A stretch of 63,992 bases of DNA, filler included, from an uncultured Methanosarcinales archaeon (GCA_964492935.1; 3 parts of 3 records of this genome joined end to end with filler, not necessarily neighbours in it); one strand, 5' to 3'. Counted from the whole stretch's first letter, positions 48,863-59,304 are shown. The notes: generated by a model not told the origin, from the letters alone. Numbers and translations are program-made.

Positions 48863-49710
48863 AGGATATTACTCAAATAGGTATTATTGGCGGAACCGGT
48901 CAGATGGGACAGTGGTTTAAACGCTTTTTCGAGGAAGCTGGTTATACGGTAGTGATAGCCGGTAGAAGCACTCCTCTTTCTTTCGAGGATTGTGCTCGGG
49001 AGAGTGATGTTGTCATAGTTTCTGTACCTATTGCTGACACGGTTGCCGTTATCGAACGTATTGCTCCCTTGGTACGTAAAGAGGGCTTGTTGATGGATGT
49101 TACCTCGATTAAGGAGGGGCCGATGGATGCTATGCTGAAACATGCGAAATGTGCTGTTATTGGAACGCATCCCGTATTTGGTCCGAGTCTTGAAAGTGTT
49201 AAGAACCAGACTGTGGTGTTGTGTGACGGCCGTGAGAATGGGTATTTGGAATGGATTAGTACGCTTGTTAGTGACCAAGGCGGGATCGTCAAGGTTATGG
49301 ATGCTCTAGCTCATGATAAGGTGATGGCCGTGGTGCAGGGATTACAGCATTTTAGTTCCATTTCTGTTTGTCATGCTCTTTCCAAGGTAGGTATGCCTAT
49401 GTTGGAGATGGAGCGGGTGAGTAGCCCTATTTTTAGATTTAACATGGATGTTGCGGGAAGAATACTGAATCAGGATCCTGAGTTGTATGCTGATATTGAA
49501 TTGTTGAACAAACACGTTGCTCCAGCTCTGAAAGCATATATCGAAGATGCGTCTCACTTACTGAATATTATTGAGTCGGGTGATCGAGAAGGTTTTGTTT
49601 CTTATTTTAAGGAGGCAGCAGATTATTTAGGAGATTTCAAGGATGAGGCAGAGGAGTATACGAATAAAATCATTACCTATCTTGTCAAGGAGGGGAAACG
49701 GAAGAAATGA
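48859..49710 (+). CDS. tyrA: prephenate dehydrogenase
   Basis: GGTGQMG, DVTSIK, HPVFGP, HDKVMAVVQGLQH. Confidence 0.93.
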   Translation: MKDITQIGIIGGTGQMGQWFKRFFEEAGYTVVIAGRSTPLSFEDCARESDVVIVSVPIADTVAVIERIAPLVRKEGLLMDVTSIKEGPMDAMLKHAKCAVIGTHPVFGPSLESVKNQTVVLCDGRENGYLEWISTLVSDQGGIVKVMDALAHDKVMAVVQGLQHFSSISVCHALSKVGMPMLEMERVSSPIFRFNMDVAGRILNQDPELYADIELLNKHVAPALKAYIEDASHLLNIIESGDREGFVSYFKEAADYLGDFKDEAEEYTNKIITYLVKEGKRKK

Positions 49711-50516
49711 AGGTTGCCGCGTTAGGACCTGAAGGTACGTTTAGCCATGGTGCGGTGTTGAAGTATGCTGCAGATGCTTCGGTTGTGTTTGCTCCCACAC
49801 TTTATGAGGTGTTTGAGGCTGTTGATAAAGGAGATGCGGAAATTGGTATTGTTCCGATAGAGAACTCGTTATCGGGTACGATTGGACTTACTACGGATGG
49901 ATTGATGAATTTTAACATGAACGTTATTGGTGAGGTGGTTTTGCCAATTAGACATCAGCTTGCCGGAAAAGGTAAGATAGTAGATATCAAAAAAGTCTAT
50001 GTGCAGCCGCAGACGTACGATCAATGTATTACTTTTATTCGAGAGCAATTACATGATGCTCAGATTACTATGACTCGATCTAATGCGGATTCTGCGCAGT
50101 TGTTGGATTCTAGCTCTAAGCTTGAAGAGGCGGCAATTGTTCCCTCGCTTGCCGTTGAGCATTATGGATTGAACGTTATTCAGAAGGACATTCAGGATGA
50201 TGATCATAATAAGACTCGATTTTTTGTTATTAGTAAGGAGGCAGGTGAGAGAGTTGAAAAAAGTAAAACTTCTATAGCGGTTACTCCGATTGAGGATACT
50301 CCTGGTTTGTTACGGTCGCTGCTTTCTGCGTTTGCGGATAGAGATATTAACTTGACAAAGATGGAGTCTCGGCCTGCAAAATCTAAGCTGGGAGATTATG
50401 TGTTTTTTATTGATTTTCAGGGACATCGTGATGATGATGCCGTTAAAGAGGCATTTGCTGTTATTGAGAAGGAGTTTTCGTTGAAAGTACTCGGTAGTTA
50501 CCCGGAGGCCTATTGA
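49707..50516 (+). CDS. pheA: prephenate dehydratase with ACT domain
   Basis: LGPEGTFS, PIENS, NKTRF, INLTKMESRP. Confidence 0.95.
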   Translation: MKVAALGPEGTFSHGAVLKYAADASVVFAPTLYEVFEAVDKGDAEIGIVPIENSLSGTIGLTTDGLMNFNMNVIGEVVLPIRHQLAGKGKIVDIKKVYVQPQTYDQCITFIREQLHDAQITMTRSNADSAQLLDSSSKLEEAAIVPSLAVEHYGLNVIQKDIQDDDHNKTRFFVISKEAGERVEKSKTSIAVTPIEDTPGLLRSLLSAFADRDINLTKMESRPAKSKLGDYVFFIDFQGHRDDDAVKEAFAVIEKEFSLKVLGSYPEAY

Positions 50517-52036
50517 TGGATTTGAAGAAGTTAGCTGATTCGTTGCACGCGTACGAGCGGAAGGTGTTGGTAGCTTTGCGTACGGTGCAATCGGTTGCAG
50601 AAATTGCTACAGAGACTTCATTGCAACCGATCGAGGTTATGCGAGGGTTGCAGTGGCTAGAGAATAAGGAGCTTGTTATTCTTACAGAGAGTGAGCAGGA
50701 GTTTATTGAACTTGATAGTAACGGGAAACTGTATGCTGAAAAGGGATTGCCGGAAAGGCGTTTTTTGAAGGTTTTAGACAAGGAGAAAAGTTTAGATGCT
50801 GTTGCAAAGGACGCTGGCCTTTCTCGTGAGGAGTCTACGGTGTGTATTGGGGTGTTGAAGTCGAAGGCAGCTATTGAGTTGCGGAAGGAGAAAGGCTTAT
50901 TTGTTTCCTTAACTGAACAGGGTTCGAAATTATTGGAGAAGGAATCTCTGGAGGAGCAGTTTCTAGCTCGGTCTTTTCCGGTGCTTCTTGAGTCGTTATC
51001 TGCTGAAGAGAAATTTGCGTTTGATGCGTTATTGAAACGGAAGCAGATTGTGTCTTTGGTTCGTAAGAAATCATATACTGGAGCGTTGACTGATCTTGGT
51101 AAGGAGTTGATTTCGGCTGGTGTCAGCGGGGATGCTGGCGAGGAATCGTTAACAGCTCAGATGTTGGTGGATGGAAGTTGGAAGGGTAAGAAATTTCGCA
51201 GATATGACGTAGGGATTAAGGTTCCGAAGAAACCTGGGGCGAGAAAACACCATTATGGTCGCTTTTTGGATGAGGTTCGTGAACAGTTTATGGCTTTAGG
51301 ATTTTCTGAGATGAGTGGTCCACTCGTTGAAACTGAATTTTGGGGGATGGATGCTCTATTCATGCCGCAATTTCATTCGGCTCGAGATATTCATGGTGCG
51401 TATTATACGGAGAGTCCCAAGAATGGCTCGGTTGATAAGAAATTTATGGAATTAGTGAAAGGTTCGCATGAGCAAGGTAAAGGTACGATTAGCAAGGGAT
51501 GGGGATATCAGTTTAGTGAGCAGAAGACACAGCAGCACATCTTACGGACACAGGGTACTGCCTTATCTGCACGGATGCTGGCTAGTCCCGATTTGCAGAT
51601 TCCTGGGAAGTATTTTTCGATTGCACGTTGCTTTAGACCGGATGTCGTTGATGCTACGCACGCTCCAGACTTTAACCAGGTTGAGGGTATTGTTGTGGAA
51701 GAGGGTTTAGATTTTAGACATTTGAAGGGTTTGTTGAATATGTTCGCAAAGGAATTTGCGCATGCTACTAAGATCAAAATTAAACCTGCCTATTTTCCGT
51801 TTACTGAGCCTTCAGCTGAGTTGTTTGCAAAGCATCCGGATCTGGGATGGATTGAGCTTGGTGGTAGTGGTATTTTGCGGCCGGAAGTTGTGAAACCGTT
51901 GTTGGGTAGAGAGGTTTCTGTACTTGCTTGGGGATTGGGTATTGATAGGATTGCGATGTTTAATTTAGGTATTAAGGATATTCGAGAATTGTTTTCGCGG
52001 AAGCTGGACTTTATCCGGGGAGCTAAGGTGATTTAA
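50513..52036 (+). CDS. pheS: phenylalanine--tRNA ligase alpha subunit (archaeal type)
   Basis: PQFHSARD, DATHAPDFNQVEG, YFPFTEPS, AWGLGIDR. Confidence 0.96.
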   Translation: MMDLKKLADSLHAYERKVLVALRTVQSVAEIATETSLQPIEVMRGLQWLENKELVILTESEQEFIELDSNGKLYAEKGLPERRFLKVLDKEKSLDAVAKDAGLSREESTVCIGVLKSKAAIELRKEKGLFVSLTEQGSKLLEKESLEEQFLARSFPVLLESLSAEEKFAFDALLKRKQIVSLVRKKSYTGALTDLGKELISAGVSGDAGEESLTAQMLVDGSWKGKKFRRYDVGIKVPKKPGARKHHYGRFLDEVREQFMALGFSEMSGPLVETEFWGMDALFMPQFHSARDIHGAYYTESPKNGSVDKKFMELVKGSHEQGKGTISKGWGYQFSEQKTQQHILRTQGTALSARMLASPDLQIPGKYFSIARCFRPDVVDATHAPDFNQVEGIVVEEGLDFRHLKGLLNMFAKEFAHATKIKIKPAYFPFTEPSAELFAKHPDLGWIELGGSGILRPEVVKPLLGREVSVLAWGLGIDRIAMFNLGIKDIRELFSRKLDFIRGAKVI

Positions 52037-53695
52037 GTGCCAACCATCACTTTTTCGTTAGAAGATCTTTCTGGGCTTGTAGGTAAGAAGCTTAGCGTAG
52101 ATGAGGTTGACGAGTTAGTGGAGTATGGCAAGGGTGAATTGGAGAATCATGATGCTGCTACAGGCGAGGTTACGGTTAATTTTGATGATACTAATCTTCC
52201 TTATCTTTGGTCGGTAGAGGGCGTTGCTCGGATGATGAGGGGCATTCTTGGAATTCACAAGGGTTTAGCTCCGATTACGGTTGAGGAGGGACCACGTAAG
52301 ATCCTGGTTGATGATTCTGTCAAGGACATTCGACCTTTTATTGCAGGATTTATAGCTAAAGGCAAAAAGGTCGATGATTATTTGATCAAGCAGTTTATTC
52401 AGTTGCAGGATAAACTCGATGAGTCTTTTGGTAAGCGTCGAAGTAAGGTAGCAATTGGTATTTATTCTTATGAAAAGGTGAAGTTTCCGATTCATTACAA
52501 AGCAACGGCTCCTGAATCTGTTTCGTTTGTGCCATTAGGTTTTAAGAAGGAGATGACGCAGGCTGAAATCCTGGAGGAGCATCCTAAGGGTAAGGAATAT
52601 GCTTGGATTTTAGATGGGATGGAAAAATATCCTTTGCTGGTGGATGATGAGGGGAAGGTATTGAGCTTTACACCCATCATTAACTCAGATTTCACTGGTA
52701 AGGTGGAGATTGGTGATGAGAAACTGGTGATTGAGGCTACGGGAACTGATGAGGAGGCAATGCATCTGGTAATGAATATCTTTGCGTATGCGTTTGCTGA
52801 GCGAGGATTTACGATTGAGTCACTGGAGGTAGATTATGGCGGTAAGAAAGTGGTTACTCCGCTGTTGTTTGATGATAAGATGAAGATTACTGAGGAGCAG
52901 GTTACGAGGATTACTGGTCTTGAGTTGAAGAAAAAGGAAATTGTTGATTTACTGGAACGGGCAGGGTATGATGTGAATAGTTCATTGAATGTTTCTTTGC
53001 CGGCGTATCGGCGCGATCAGTTGCATCCGCATGATATTGTAGAGGATATTGCGATTGCTTATGGCTATAATAATTTTCCAGAGGTTGCGCTGAAGTCCTA
53101 TACTATTGGTACGAAGAGTCCGATCAGTGCGTTTAAGGATGCGTTTAGAGAATTATGTGTTGGTTCTGGATTTCAGGAGATTATGAGTGCTTATCTTTCG
53201 AATAAAGGTGTGATGGAGGAATTGATGCAGGTGAAGGACGCCTCGTTAGTTCGCATTAGTAATCCGATGTCGGAGACGTACTCGGTTGTTAGGAGTTGGA
53301 TTTTACCGGAGTTGATTGATTTATTGCGCCACAATAAGCACGTTGAATATCCTCAGAGAATTTTTGAGGCAGGTACGGTGGCCGTTAATTTAGGCAAGAC
53401 GGTGGTTGATTACGAGAAAGTGGCGTTGGTGAGTGCCTATGATGCTGCAGGCTTTACGGAGTTTCGTTCGTTAGTAGATTATTTGTTAACGGTTCTTGGT
53501 TTTACGTATACGATTGAAGATATGGATCATGATAGTTTTATTGCTGGTCGTGTGGGGAAAGTCGTTGTTGATGGAGAGGATGTTGGTTATCTTGGAGAGA
53601 TTCATCCTGGCGTTTTGAATAGTTTAGGATTAGAGGTTCCGGCTATAGGGATGGAATTGAATTTGACTAAATTGTTTGAGATTAGTAAGAAATAG
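52037..53695 (+). CDS. pheT: phenylalanine--tRNA ligase beta subunit
   Basis: MPTITF, WSVEGVAR, DIVEDIAIAYG, GEIHP. Confidence 0.95.
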   Translation: MPTITFSLEDLSGLVGKKLSVDEVDELVEYGKGELENHDAATGEVTVNFDDTNLPYLWSVEGVARMMRGILGIHKGLAPITVEEGPRKILVDDSVKDIRPFIAGFIAKGKKVDDYLIKQFIQLQDKLDESFGKRRSKVAIGIYSYEKVKFPIHYKATAPESVSFVPLGFKKEMTQAEILEEHPKGKEYAWILDGMEKYPLLVDDEGKVLSFTPIINSDFTGKVEIGDEKLVIEATGTDEEAMHLVMNIFAYAFAERGFTIESLEVDYGGKKVVTPLLFDDKMKITEEQVTRITGLELKKKEIVDLLERAGYDVNSSLNVSLPAYRRDQLHPHDIVEDIAIAYGYNNFPEVALKSYTIGTKSPISAFKDAFRELCVGSGFQEIMSAYLSNKGVMEELMQVKDASLVRISNPMSETYSVVRSWILPELIDLLRHNKHVEYPQRIFEAGTVAVNLGKTVVDYEKVALVSAYDAAGFTEFRSLVDYLLTVLGFTYTIEDMDHDSFIAGRVGKVVVDGEDVGYLGEIHPGVLNSLGLEVPAIGMELNLTKLFEISKK

Positions 53696-53929
53696 TTACA
53701 TTACTTCTAACGCTTTTTTGATTAACGGAAATACTGCTTCAGCTTCATCTTTGAACATACGGCCTAGTTTTGAAAAGGTCCATTCGTTTTCTTGTGATCT
53801 GTTCTCTCTAGAGATTTGGAGTTTCTTTTCTCCATCGTTGTATTGAAATACGCCTACGGTGATTTTGGTCATTTCGAAATCTACGGTTTCTGAGAAGAGT
53901 TGTTTGTCAAGACTTTTGTCGAATGCCAT
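53696..53929 (-). CDS. small PC4/YdbC-like nucleic-acid-binding protein
   Basis: VGVFQYNDGEKKLQISR...KLGRM pattern. Confidence 0.65.
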   Translation of the reverse strand: MAFDKSLDKQLFSETVDFEMTKITVGVFQYNDGEKKLQISRENRSQENEWTFSKLGRMFKDEAEAVFPLIKKALEVM

Positions 53930-54336
53930 TATTCTTTTTTAGGTGTTGATTTTTTAGCAGGTGTTGGTGTCGCTTCTGCTGCTTTCTTTTCAGCATTAGG
54001 TTCTGCTGTTTTCTTAGTAGCTTTAGTTGCTTTCTTTTCAACCGGAGCTTCCTTGACCTTTCGTACTTTCTTGGGTCTTTCAGCTGCTTTTTTTGGTTTG
54101 GTGGTTCTTGTAGTAATCTTAAGTTCGTCTAGTACTTTCTTGACGTCTTCGTGAGATGCTCCTTTTTTGATGTCTGCTGATTGTTCAGTGGGTTCAAGGT
54201 GCGCTAGATTGGTTTTTCTTCTTCTGGTTTCTCCATCAACTAGTGCAGTGTTGCCGTCTAGTTCGATGATGATTCCTCTGTTACCTGCATCTCGGCCGGC
54301 AGTTTTCATTACAATAGAACCTATTTTCATAACCAT
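53929..54336 (-). CDS. rpl14e: 50S ribosomal protein L14e with Lys/Ala-rich tail
   Basis: KTAGRDAG...RRRKTNLAHLEPT. Confidence 0.93.
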   Translation of the reverse strand: MVMKIGSIVMKTAGRDAGNRGIIIELDGNTALVDGETRRRKTNLAHLEPTEQSADIKKGASHEDVKKVLDELKITTRTTKPKKAAERPKKVRKVKEAPVEKKATKATKKTAEPNAEKKAAEATPTPAKKSTPKKE

Positions 54337-54338
54337 GA

Positions 54339-54611
54339 TTATTCACTCTTTCTCGCTTCTAGAACAAAATGTGCACGCATACATTTGGTACAGAGTACAC
54401 CGCCAAACGGTCGTTGTGGTCGTTTAGCTGTTTTTGGCAGATTCTTAAACTTAGCTGGCATTTCACGTGGAATTCCCTTTAAGTTTGCTCCACACTTGCC
54501 ACACTTCGCGATGCTAGGCTTGCGCCTCTTGAAATGCGTTACCGTTTTGCTCCCTGGAAGACGTACTTTTATCCTCCTTAGGGTTCGTGATTTTAGTCTG
54601 GGTGCTACCAT
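54339..54611 (-). CDS. rpl34e: 50S ribosomal protein L34e
   Basis: CGKCG...RPQRPFGGVLCTKC. Confidence 0.95.
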   Translation of the reverse strand: MVAPRLKSRTLRRIKVRLPGSKTVTHFKRRKPSIAKCGKCGANLKGIPREMPAKFKNLPKTAKRPQRPFGGVLCTKCMRAHFVLEARKSE

Positions 54612-54630
54612 TTTTATTATGATTGAGGTT

Positions 54631-55368
54631 CTAGTACACTTTAAAAAGCTTTCTTAAAATCATACTGAAAGCGATAGAGAGGATAATATAGGTCCCGAGC
54701 CACCCCAATTTGAAGATTTTTAGGTCGAATTTCCTCTTTTGATAGTCAATGGTAATTTGCTTTACGATACCATCCTTTACCTTTTTGATGGATGTGGCGT
54801 ATTCGGGTTCATCGGATATGAGGACGTCTTTTTCGTATGTTTTTTGGCCGGCTCGGTATTGGATTAGGTGTTCTCCGGCACTTCCTTTCAATGTCCAGAT
54901 GATTTTATTGCTTTCCACACTTTTATTGGTGGGACCGACAACGGTTAATTCTGAAGGTACATCAATGGTTGCTGCACCGCGCACATTATCATCGAAAACC
55001 ATGGTTGTGGTGAATTCTTCTCCAGGACCGATAGGAATGAATGCAAGATGAGCATTCATCCAGCCGAAAATGAGGATGATAGGTAGGAATGTGTAGAGTG
55101 TTGATTTCATGGACTGGCCCATGTACTTCATGTTGGTCTGCATGGCTTGTTTTTGCACTTGCATCATCTTTTCGGGATGATCGCGAAGTTCTTTCATCTC
55201 TTTTTGGAGTTCTTTAAGCTCTGTTTTGAGACTTTTCATGAGACTTTGATTGGTTGTGAATTTGTAGATGAGGGTGATGAGAAGCGTGATGAGAAAAGAC
55301 ATCAGAAGGACTACGGTAAAGATCGGTAGTTGGAGCATTGGATTAAGAACGGGATCGAGAAACGTCAT
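54631..55368 (-). CDS. DUF106/EMC3 (Oxa1-superfamily) membrane protein with an inserted beta-rich domain
   Basis: TM1, coiled coil, TFLPIILIF, then GWLGTYII; downstream of secY. Confidence 0.88.
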   Translation of the reverse strand: MTFLDPVLNPMLQLPIFTVVLLMSFLITLLITLIYKFTTNQSLMKSLKTELKELQKEMKELRDHPEKMMQVQKQAMQTNMKYMGQSMKSTLYTFLPIILIFGWMNAHLAFIPIGPGEEFTTTMVFDDNVRGAATIDVPSELTVVGPTNKSVESNKIIWTLKGSAGEHLIQYRAGQKTYEKDVLISDEPEYATSIKKVKDGIVKQITIDYQKRKFDLKIFKLGWLGTYIILSIAFSMILRKLFKVY

Positions 55369-56780
55369 TATTGGCCACCCATGAACTTTCTCATACCTGG
55401 ATACATATCCATCATGTGTTGCTTTGCAATCTCTTCATATAATTTGTAGATAATCATCACTGCTAGTAAAATACCTGTACCTCTAGAGAGAGCTCCGGTA
55501 AGGTCTGCGACTGCTGCCATAAATCCTACTGCGATGGCACCCATGATGGTTAATGGCCAGATGTATCGATTGAGAATGCGCTCTAGGACTCGTTCATCTT
55601 TTCTAAAGCCAGGTATTTGGAGGCCGGAGGACATCATCTGTTTTGCTTGTGAGCGAGCGTCCATGCCCGCGGTTTGCACCCAAAAAATACTGAAGATGAT
55701 GGATCCTACTATCATAAAAAACATGTAGACTGATGCTTGTCCGAATTGTGCTGATGTTACTGAACCGGTGAGCATGTTATTGACTAGGGAGGGAGGTTGC
55801 AGCCAGTAGACGAATCCCCCTATGACTTGGCCGGATGATTCGCTAAAACGAGCAAACATATTCGGGCCGAGCCAGTTTTGCATGAGTCTTCCCCATAACT
55901 GCATGTTTGCCATGAGTGCCGCGACAAGGATAACTGGGATGTTAGAGGTGTAGATAAAGGATAGCGGCCACCGTATACCATGGCCTCGAATTCTCCCAAA
56001 ACTGAGTGGAATTTCTACTTTCATGGACTGCGCGTAGACGGCTAGGACAAAGACGAAAATGGTTGAGAGGAGGGCTGCGACTTTAATTGCTGCAGTGGTC
56101 GGGTCGCCTGCTGCTAATGCCTGGAAAAGTGCAGGTATTGCGCCGATAGAGTAGGTGACTCCTGATAATCCGCCTGGGCCTGGAAGCCAGTTAAATGTTT
56201 GGACCACAATTTGCTGAGACACTCCCGCGGCAATAAAGAGCGAGATTCCTGATCCGAAACCCCATTTACTGATGACTTCGTCAAGGAAGAGGATTAACAT
56301 TCCTCCCAAGAAGAGTTGGAAGACTAGGATCCATTGTAGTTGAAGGTAGAGTGGTGTTCCTGCTAAATTTGCGGCAGGCGCAAGGCCACCCATGAAGATG
56401 TAGACAATCGATTCGAAGACGATAAAGAAGATGGCTAATAATTTCTGTGTTCCTTGGAAGCTTTTCTTGCCTTCTACCGAATTGAGGTCAAATTTATACA
56501 AACCTGAACCATTAATCAGTTGCAGAACGATAGATGCTGTAACAATGGGACCGATTCCTAGCGAAATAAGGGAACCGAATTGAGCAGCAAGAACGATGGA
56601 AAGAAATTCAAATTGCTGTAGGGAGTTTTGGCCTAATCCGAAGAGCGGCATCATCCCTAATACGAAATAAATCAATAGAGCAATAATGGTCCATTTTAAT
56701 TTCTCCTTAAAAGCTAGCCGCTTCTGAGTTGGGCCAGCAACTTCAGGTAGATTATTGATTATTGTCTTGTACAGGGACAT
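55368..56780 (-). CDS. secY: preprotein translocase SecY
   Basis: LGIGPIVTASI, GSGISLFI, YTSNIP, GTGILL. Confidence 0.97.
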   Translation of the reverse strand: MSLYKTIINNLPEVAGPTQKRLAFKEKLKWTIIALLIYFVLGMMPLFGLGQNSLQQFEFLSIVLAAQFGSLISLGIGPIVTASIVLQLINGSGLYKFDLNSVEGKKSFQGTQKLLAIFFIVFESIVYIFMGGLAPAANLAGTPLYLQLQWILVFQLFLGGMLILFLDEVISKWGFGSGISLFIAAGVSQQIVVQTFNWLPGPGGLSGVTYSIGAIPALFQALAAGDPTTAAIKVAALLSTIFVFVLAVYAQSMKVEIPLSFGRIRGHGIRWPLSFIYTSNIPVILVAALMANMQLWGRLMQNWLGPNMFARFSESSGQVIGGFVYWLQPPSLVNNMLTGSVTSAQFGQASVYMFFMIVGSIIFSIFWVQTAGMDARSQAKQMMSSGLQIPGFRKDERVLERILNRYIWPLTIMGAIAVGFMAAVADLTGALSRGTGILLAVMIIYKLYEEIAKQHMMDMYPGMRKFMGGQ

Positions 56781-57198
56781 TTTCTTTTTTTTGTTTTAAG
56801 AGAGTAACTTTTCCGCCTGCTTCTTCGATCTTTGCAATTGCAGCGGCTGATGCGCTATTTACTGAAACAATGACCTTCTTTGTTATTTTTCCACTACCGA
56901 TAAGTTTACCATATCCTTTTTCTCTGAGATTGATTTCCTCTTTACCTTCTCCTACGAGTACTTGAAGTTCTTTTACATTGATTGCTTTTATTGCTTTTGT
57001 TCTCGAGGTGAAACCATGCTTACCAAAGTACTTTTTGTCCTTCCAGATCTGAGGCTTGCGTTGATCTGCCCGTTTACCGGTTCCGGCCATTCCTTTTCCG
57101 CCTCGGCTTCCTGCTCCACGGTGCTTTTTCTTAGAGCCCCAGCCGTGTGTGAAGGATGCACGTTGCCTTGAAAATTTAGTTCGTTTTCTTACTACCAT
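56752..57198 (-). CDS. rpl15: 50S ribosomal protein uL15
   Basis: THGWG..KHRGAGSRGGKGMAG. Confidence 0.95.
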   Translation of the reverse strand: MVVRKRTKFSRQRASFTHGWGSKKKHRGAGSRGGKGMAGTGKRADQRKPQIWKDKKYFGKHGFTSRTKAIKAINVKELQVLVGEGKEEINLREKGYGKLIGSGKITKKVIVSVNSASAAAIAKIEEAGGKVTLLKQKKENVPVQDNNQ

Positions 57199-57549
57199 TT
57201 ATATCATCTTTTTGATTAGTTCGTTTATCTTAGCTCCTCGGTACCCGATAACGCCGCCTGCGTTGAAATCTAGTTTGATTCCTTTCCTTTCGAATCCGCC
57301 TCTTGGATTCTGTAATGTGTAGAGGTTATCGCTTTTCTTTCTCGTTTCTAGTAGTTTGATGGTTTCTTCATCCACTTCACCATAGGTGACATAATCTTTA
57401 ACCTTCTGTACCATTCCTTGCATGGTTGAAGAAGATTCTCGGACGATGCATTTGTTTTTCTTCTTGAGCTGTAGCATGTCGAGTGTTGCGAGGACCTTGT
57501 GCGGCACTCCAATGCCTCCTCTGATTCGGATAATTGCTAGTTTGCTCAT
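57199..57549 (-). CDS. rpl30: 50S ribosomal protein uL30
   Basis: IIRIRG, KVKDYVTYGE, PRGG, GYRG. Confidence 0.94.
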   Translation of the reverse strand: MSKLAIIRIRGGIGVPHKVLATLDMLQLKKKNKCIVRESSSTMQGMVQKVKDYVTYGEVDEETIKLLETRKKSDNLYTLQNPRGGFERKGIKLDFNAGGVIGYRGAKINELIKKMI

Positions 57550-58289
57550 TGTGCGACCTCTTTGCTACCTTCGACCATCCCTACAATGGATTCTTGGTCT
57601 TTCTGCACTTTGACCTGGATAAGTTGTTTGAGTGCGTCAAAACATGCTTCAAGCAGATTTATTTTGGTCTTTGTTTTTCCTTTGGTGATGGAGATAATGT
57701 CTTTAATCCCCGCTATTTTTAACATTTTCGCGCATTCTTTCTCAATCTTTAATCCTGTTCCGCGTGCTGCTGGAAGTAGGGTAATTTTACAGGATCCGCA
57801 TTTGCCTTCTACCTTGAAGGGAATGGAATTGGGTTCCTGAGCGGTATCTTGCCAGGATCCACATCCTCGGCGTATTTTGATCATGTTGAGTTTTGCTCTT
57901 CGTGTAGATTTTTCTCGTGCAGGGACGGTTTCTTTACTTTTACCATATCCTAATCCCACGTGGCCGTCTTTGTCGCCGATGATACAGTAGGTAGCGAATC
58001 GCGGTTTGTTCCCTTCACGCGTTTTCTTTTGTGTTTGCCGGAAGACTCTTCTTTGGCCGCCTCCGAACTTTCCTTTCGATTGTCCTACTAATAGTAATTC
58101 TGTAGAGGTGTTTGTCATTAACGCGTCAACGATTCCGGGTTCCAAAATACTCAGGCCATTGTCTAGGATCTGGTCGATGTGTGTAATCGTGCCTGCCTTC
58201 ACCTCTTTAGCGAGGCTTGTTTTCGGTTTCCAGGTCTCCTTATCGAACGGAGGATCTTCTCTTCTTGGTCTTCTTTGTTCTCTTGCCAT
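57546..58289 (-). CDS. rps5: 30S ribosomal protein uS5
   Basis: WKPKTSL, RRGCGSW, GKCGS, ARGTGL. Confidence 0.95.
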   Translation of the reverse strand: MAREQRRPRREDPPFDKETWKPKTSLAKEVKAGTITHIDQILDNGLSILEPGIVDALMTNTSTELLLVGQSKGKFGGGQRRVFRQTQKKTREGNKPRFATYCIIGDKDGHVGLGYGKSKETVPAREKSTRRAKLNMIKIRRGCGSWQDTAQEPNSIPFKVEGKCGSCKITLLPAARGTGLKIEKECAKMLKIAGIKDIISITKGKTKTKINLLEACFDALKQLIQVKVQKDQESIVGMVEGSKEVAQ

Positions 58290-58858
58290 TATTCTGCACC
58301 CATAATCTTCTTTTTACATGCTTCTACAAGCTCAGGAAATTTTTCAACATCAACGTTGTTCTTGATACACTTGCTGAATTGTTTCGTTTCTTTTCCCTTG
58401 CAGTCTGAAGCGTAGCTACTAATATGTTTGCCGAGAATCCGATCTTCGCTTGGGAAGACATTTTCATCGACAGGGATGGTGATACCTGCGTCGAGACAGC
58501 CCTTAACGGCCGCATACACTCGAGATCCACGTACTGGTTTATTTAATCCGGAGTCTACGATAGCTTCTTTTATTCCTTTAGCGGCTGCTTTCTTCCCCAC
58601 TAAAAGCCCGGTTAGGTAGGCTGCAGAGCTGTTGCCCCTAGATGCCGTCCATCCTAACTTTTCGAGATCTTTGGTGTGGGCTGCGGTGGTAACACTGTCG
58701 CCTTTTGGATTAAATTCAATGATTTGTGCGGTCAGGTTACTGGAACTTGTTCGGATTACAAGACGCGGCTTGTTGCTTTTGAGCAGAGCTAGACGCTTCT
58801 TATAATTAGTTCTTCCCTGAACTTTTCGCTTATATGCTACGGTGTATGTTTTTCTCAT
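58289..58858 (-). CDS. rpl18: 50S ribosomal protein uL18
   Basis: GRTNYKKRL, AAYLTG, RILGKHI. Confidence 0.95.
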   Translation of the reverse strand: MRKTYTVAYKRKVQGRTNYKKRLALLKSNKPRLVIRTSSSNLTAQIIEFNPKGDSVTTAAHTKDLEKLGWTASRGNSSAAYLTGLLVGKKAAAKGIKEAIVDSGLNKPVRGSRVYAAVKGCLDAGITIPVDENVFPSEDRILGKHISSYASDCKGKETKQFSKCIKNNVDVEKFPELVEACKKKIMGAE

Positions 58859-59304
58859 TTTTTCTTGCCTCTCTCAGCGAGATAGATTGTGATGTGTCGT
58901 CTGCTTCTAAAGAAGCCTCCTTTTGATTTTCTATATAGTTCTCGATAGGTTTTCTGATCGAGTGTTCCTTTTGATTTTAGTAATCTGAGGTGTTGGCGTT
59001 GTGCGCGTACGGTGTTGATCCAGGTTCTTTTTGGATTGACTCGTGCGCCTGCTTTTCCTTTTCTCGAACCGGGACCTTTTCTTCGTCCTTTTGATTTCTG
59101 TGCAGATATTTTCTTGGAGCGGGAGCGGGAGATGCTTGTCACGGGCTTTCTCTTGATTGCCTTTTCTTTAATCAATTCTTTAATATCTTCTTTGGTAATG
59201 GCCTCTCCGATTTCGTCCAGGCGTTCTGTGTCGAAGACTACTCTACGGGTTGCACATTTCATGAGTGCTGCACAGATTCTTCTTTGAGTTCTTAGTAATT
59301 TCAT
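58855..59304 (-). CDS. rpl19e: 50S ribosomal protein L19e
   Basis: GRRKGPGSRKG, KGGFFRS. Confidence 0.95.
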   Translation of the reverse strand: MKLLRTQRRICAALMKCATRRVVFDTERLDEIGEAITKEDIKELIKEKAIKRKPVTSISRSRSKKISAQKSKGRRKGPGSRKGKAGARVNPKRTWINTVRAQRQHLRLLKSKGTLDQKTYRELYRKSKGGFFRSRRHITIYLAERGKKK

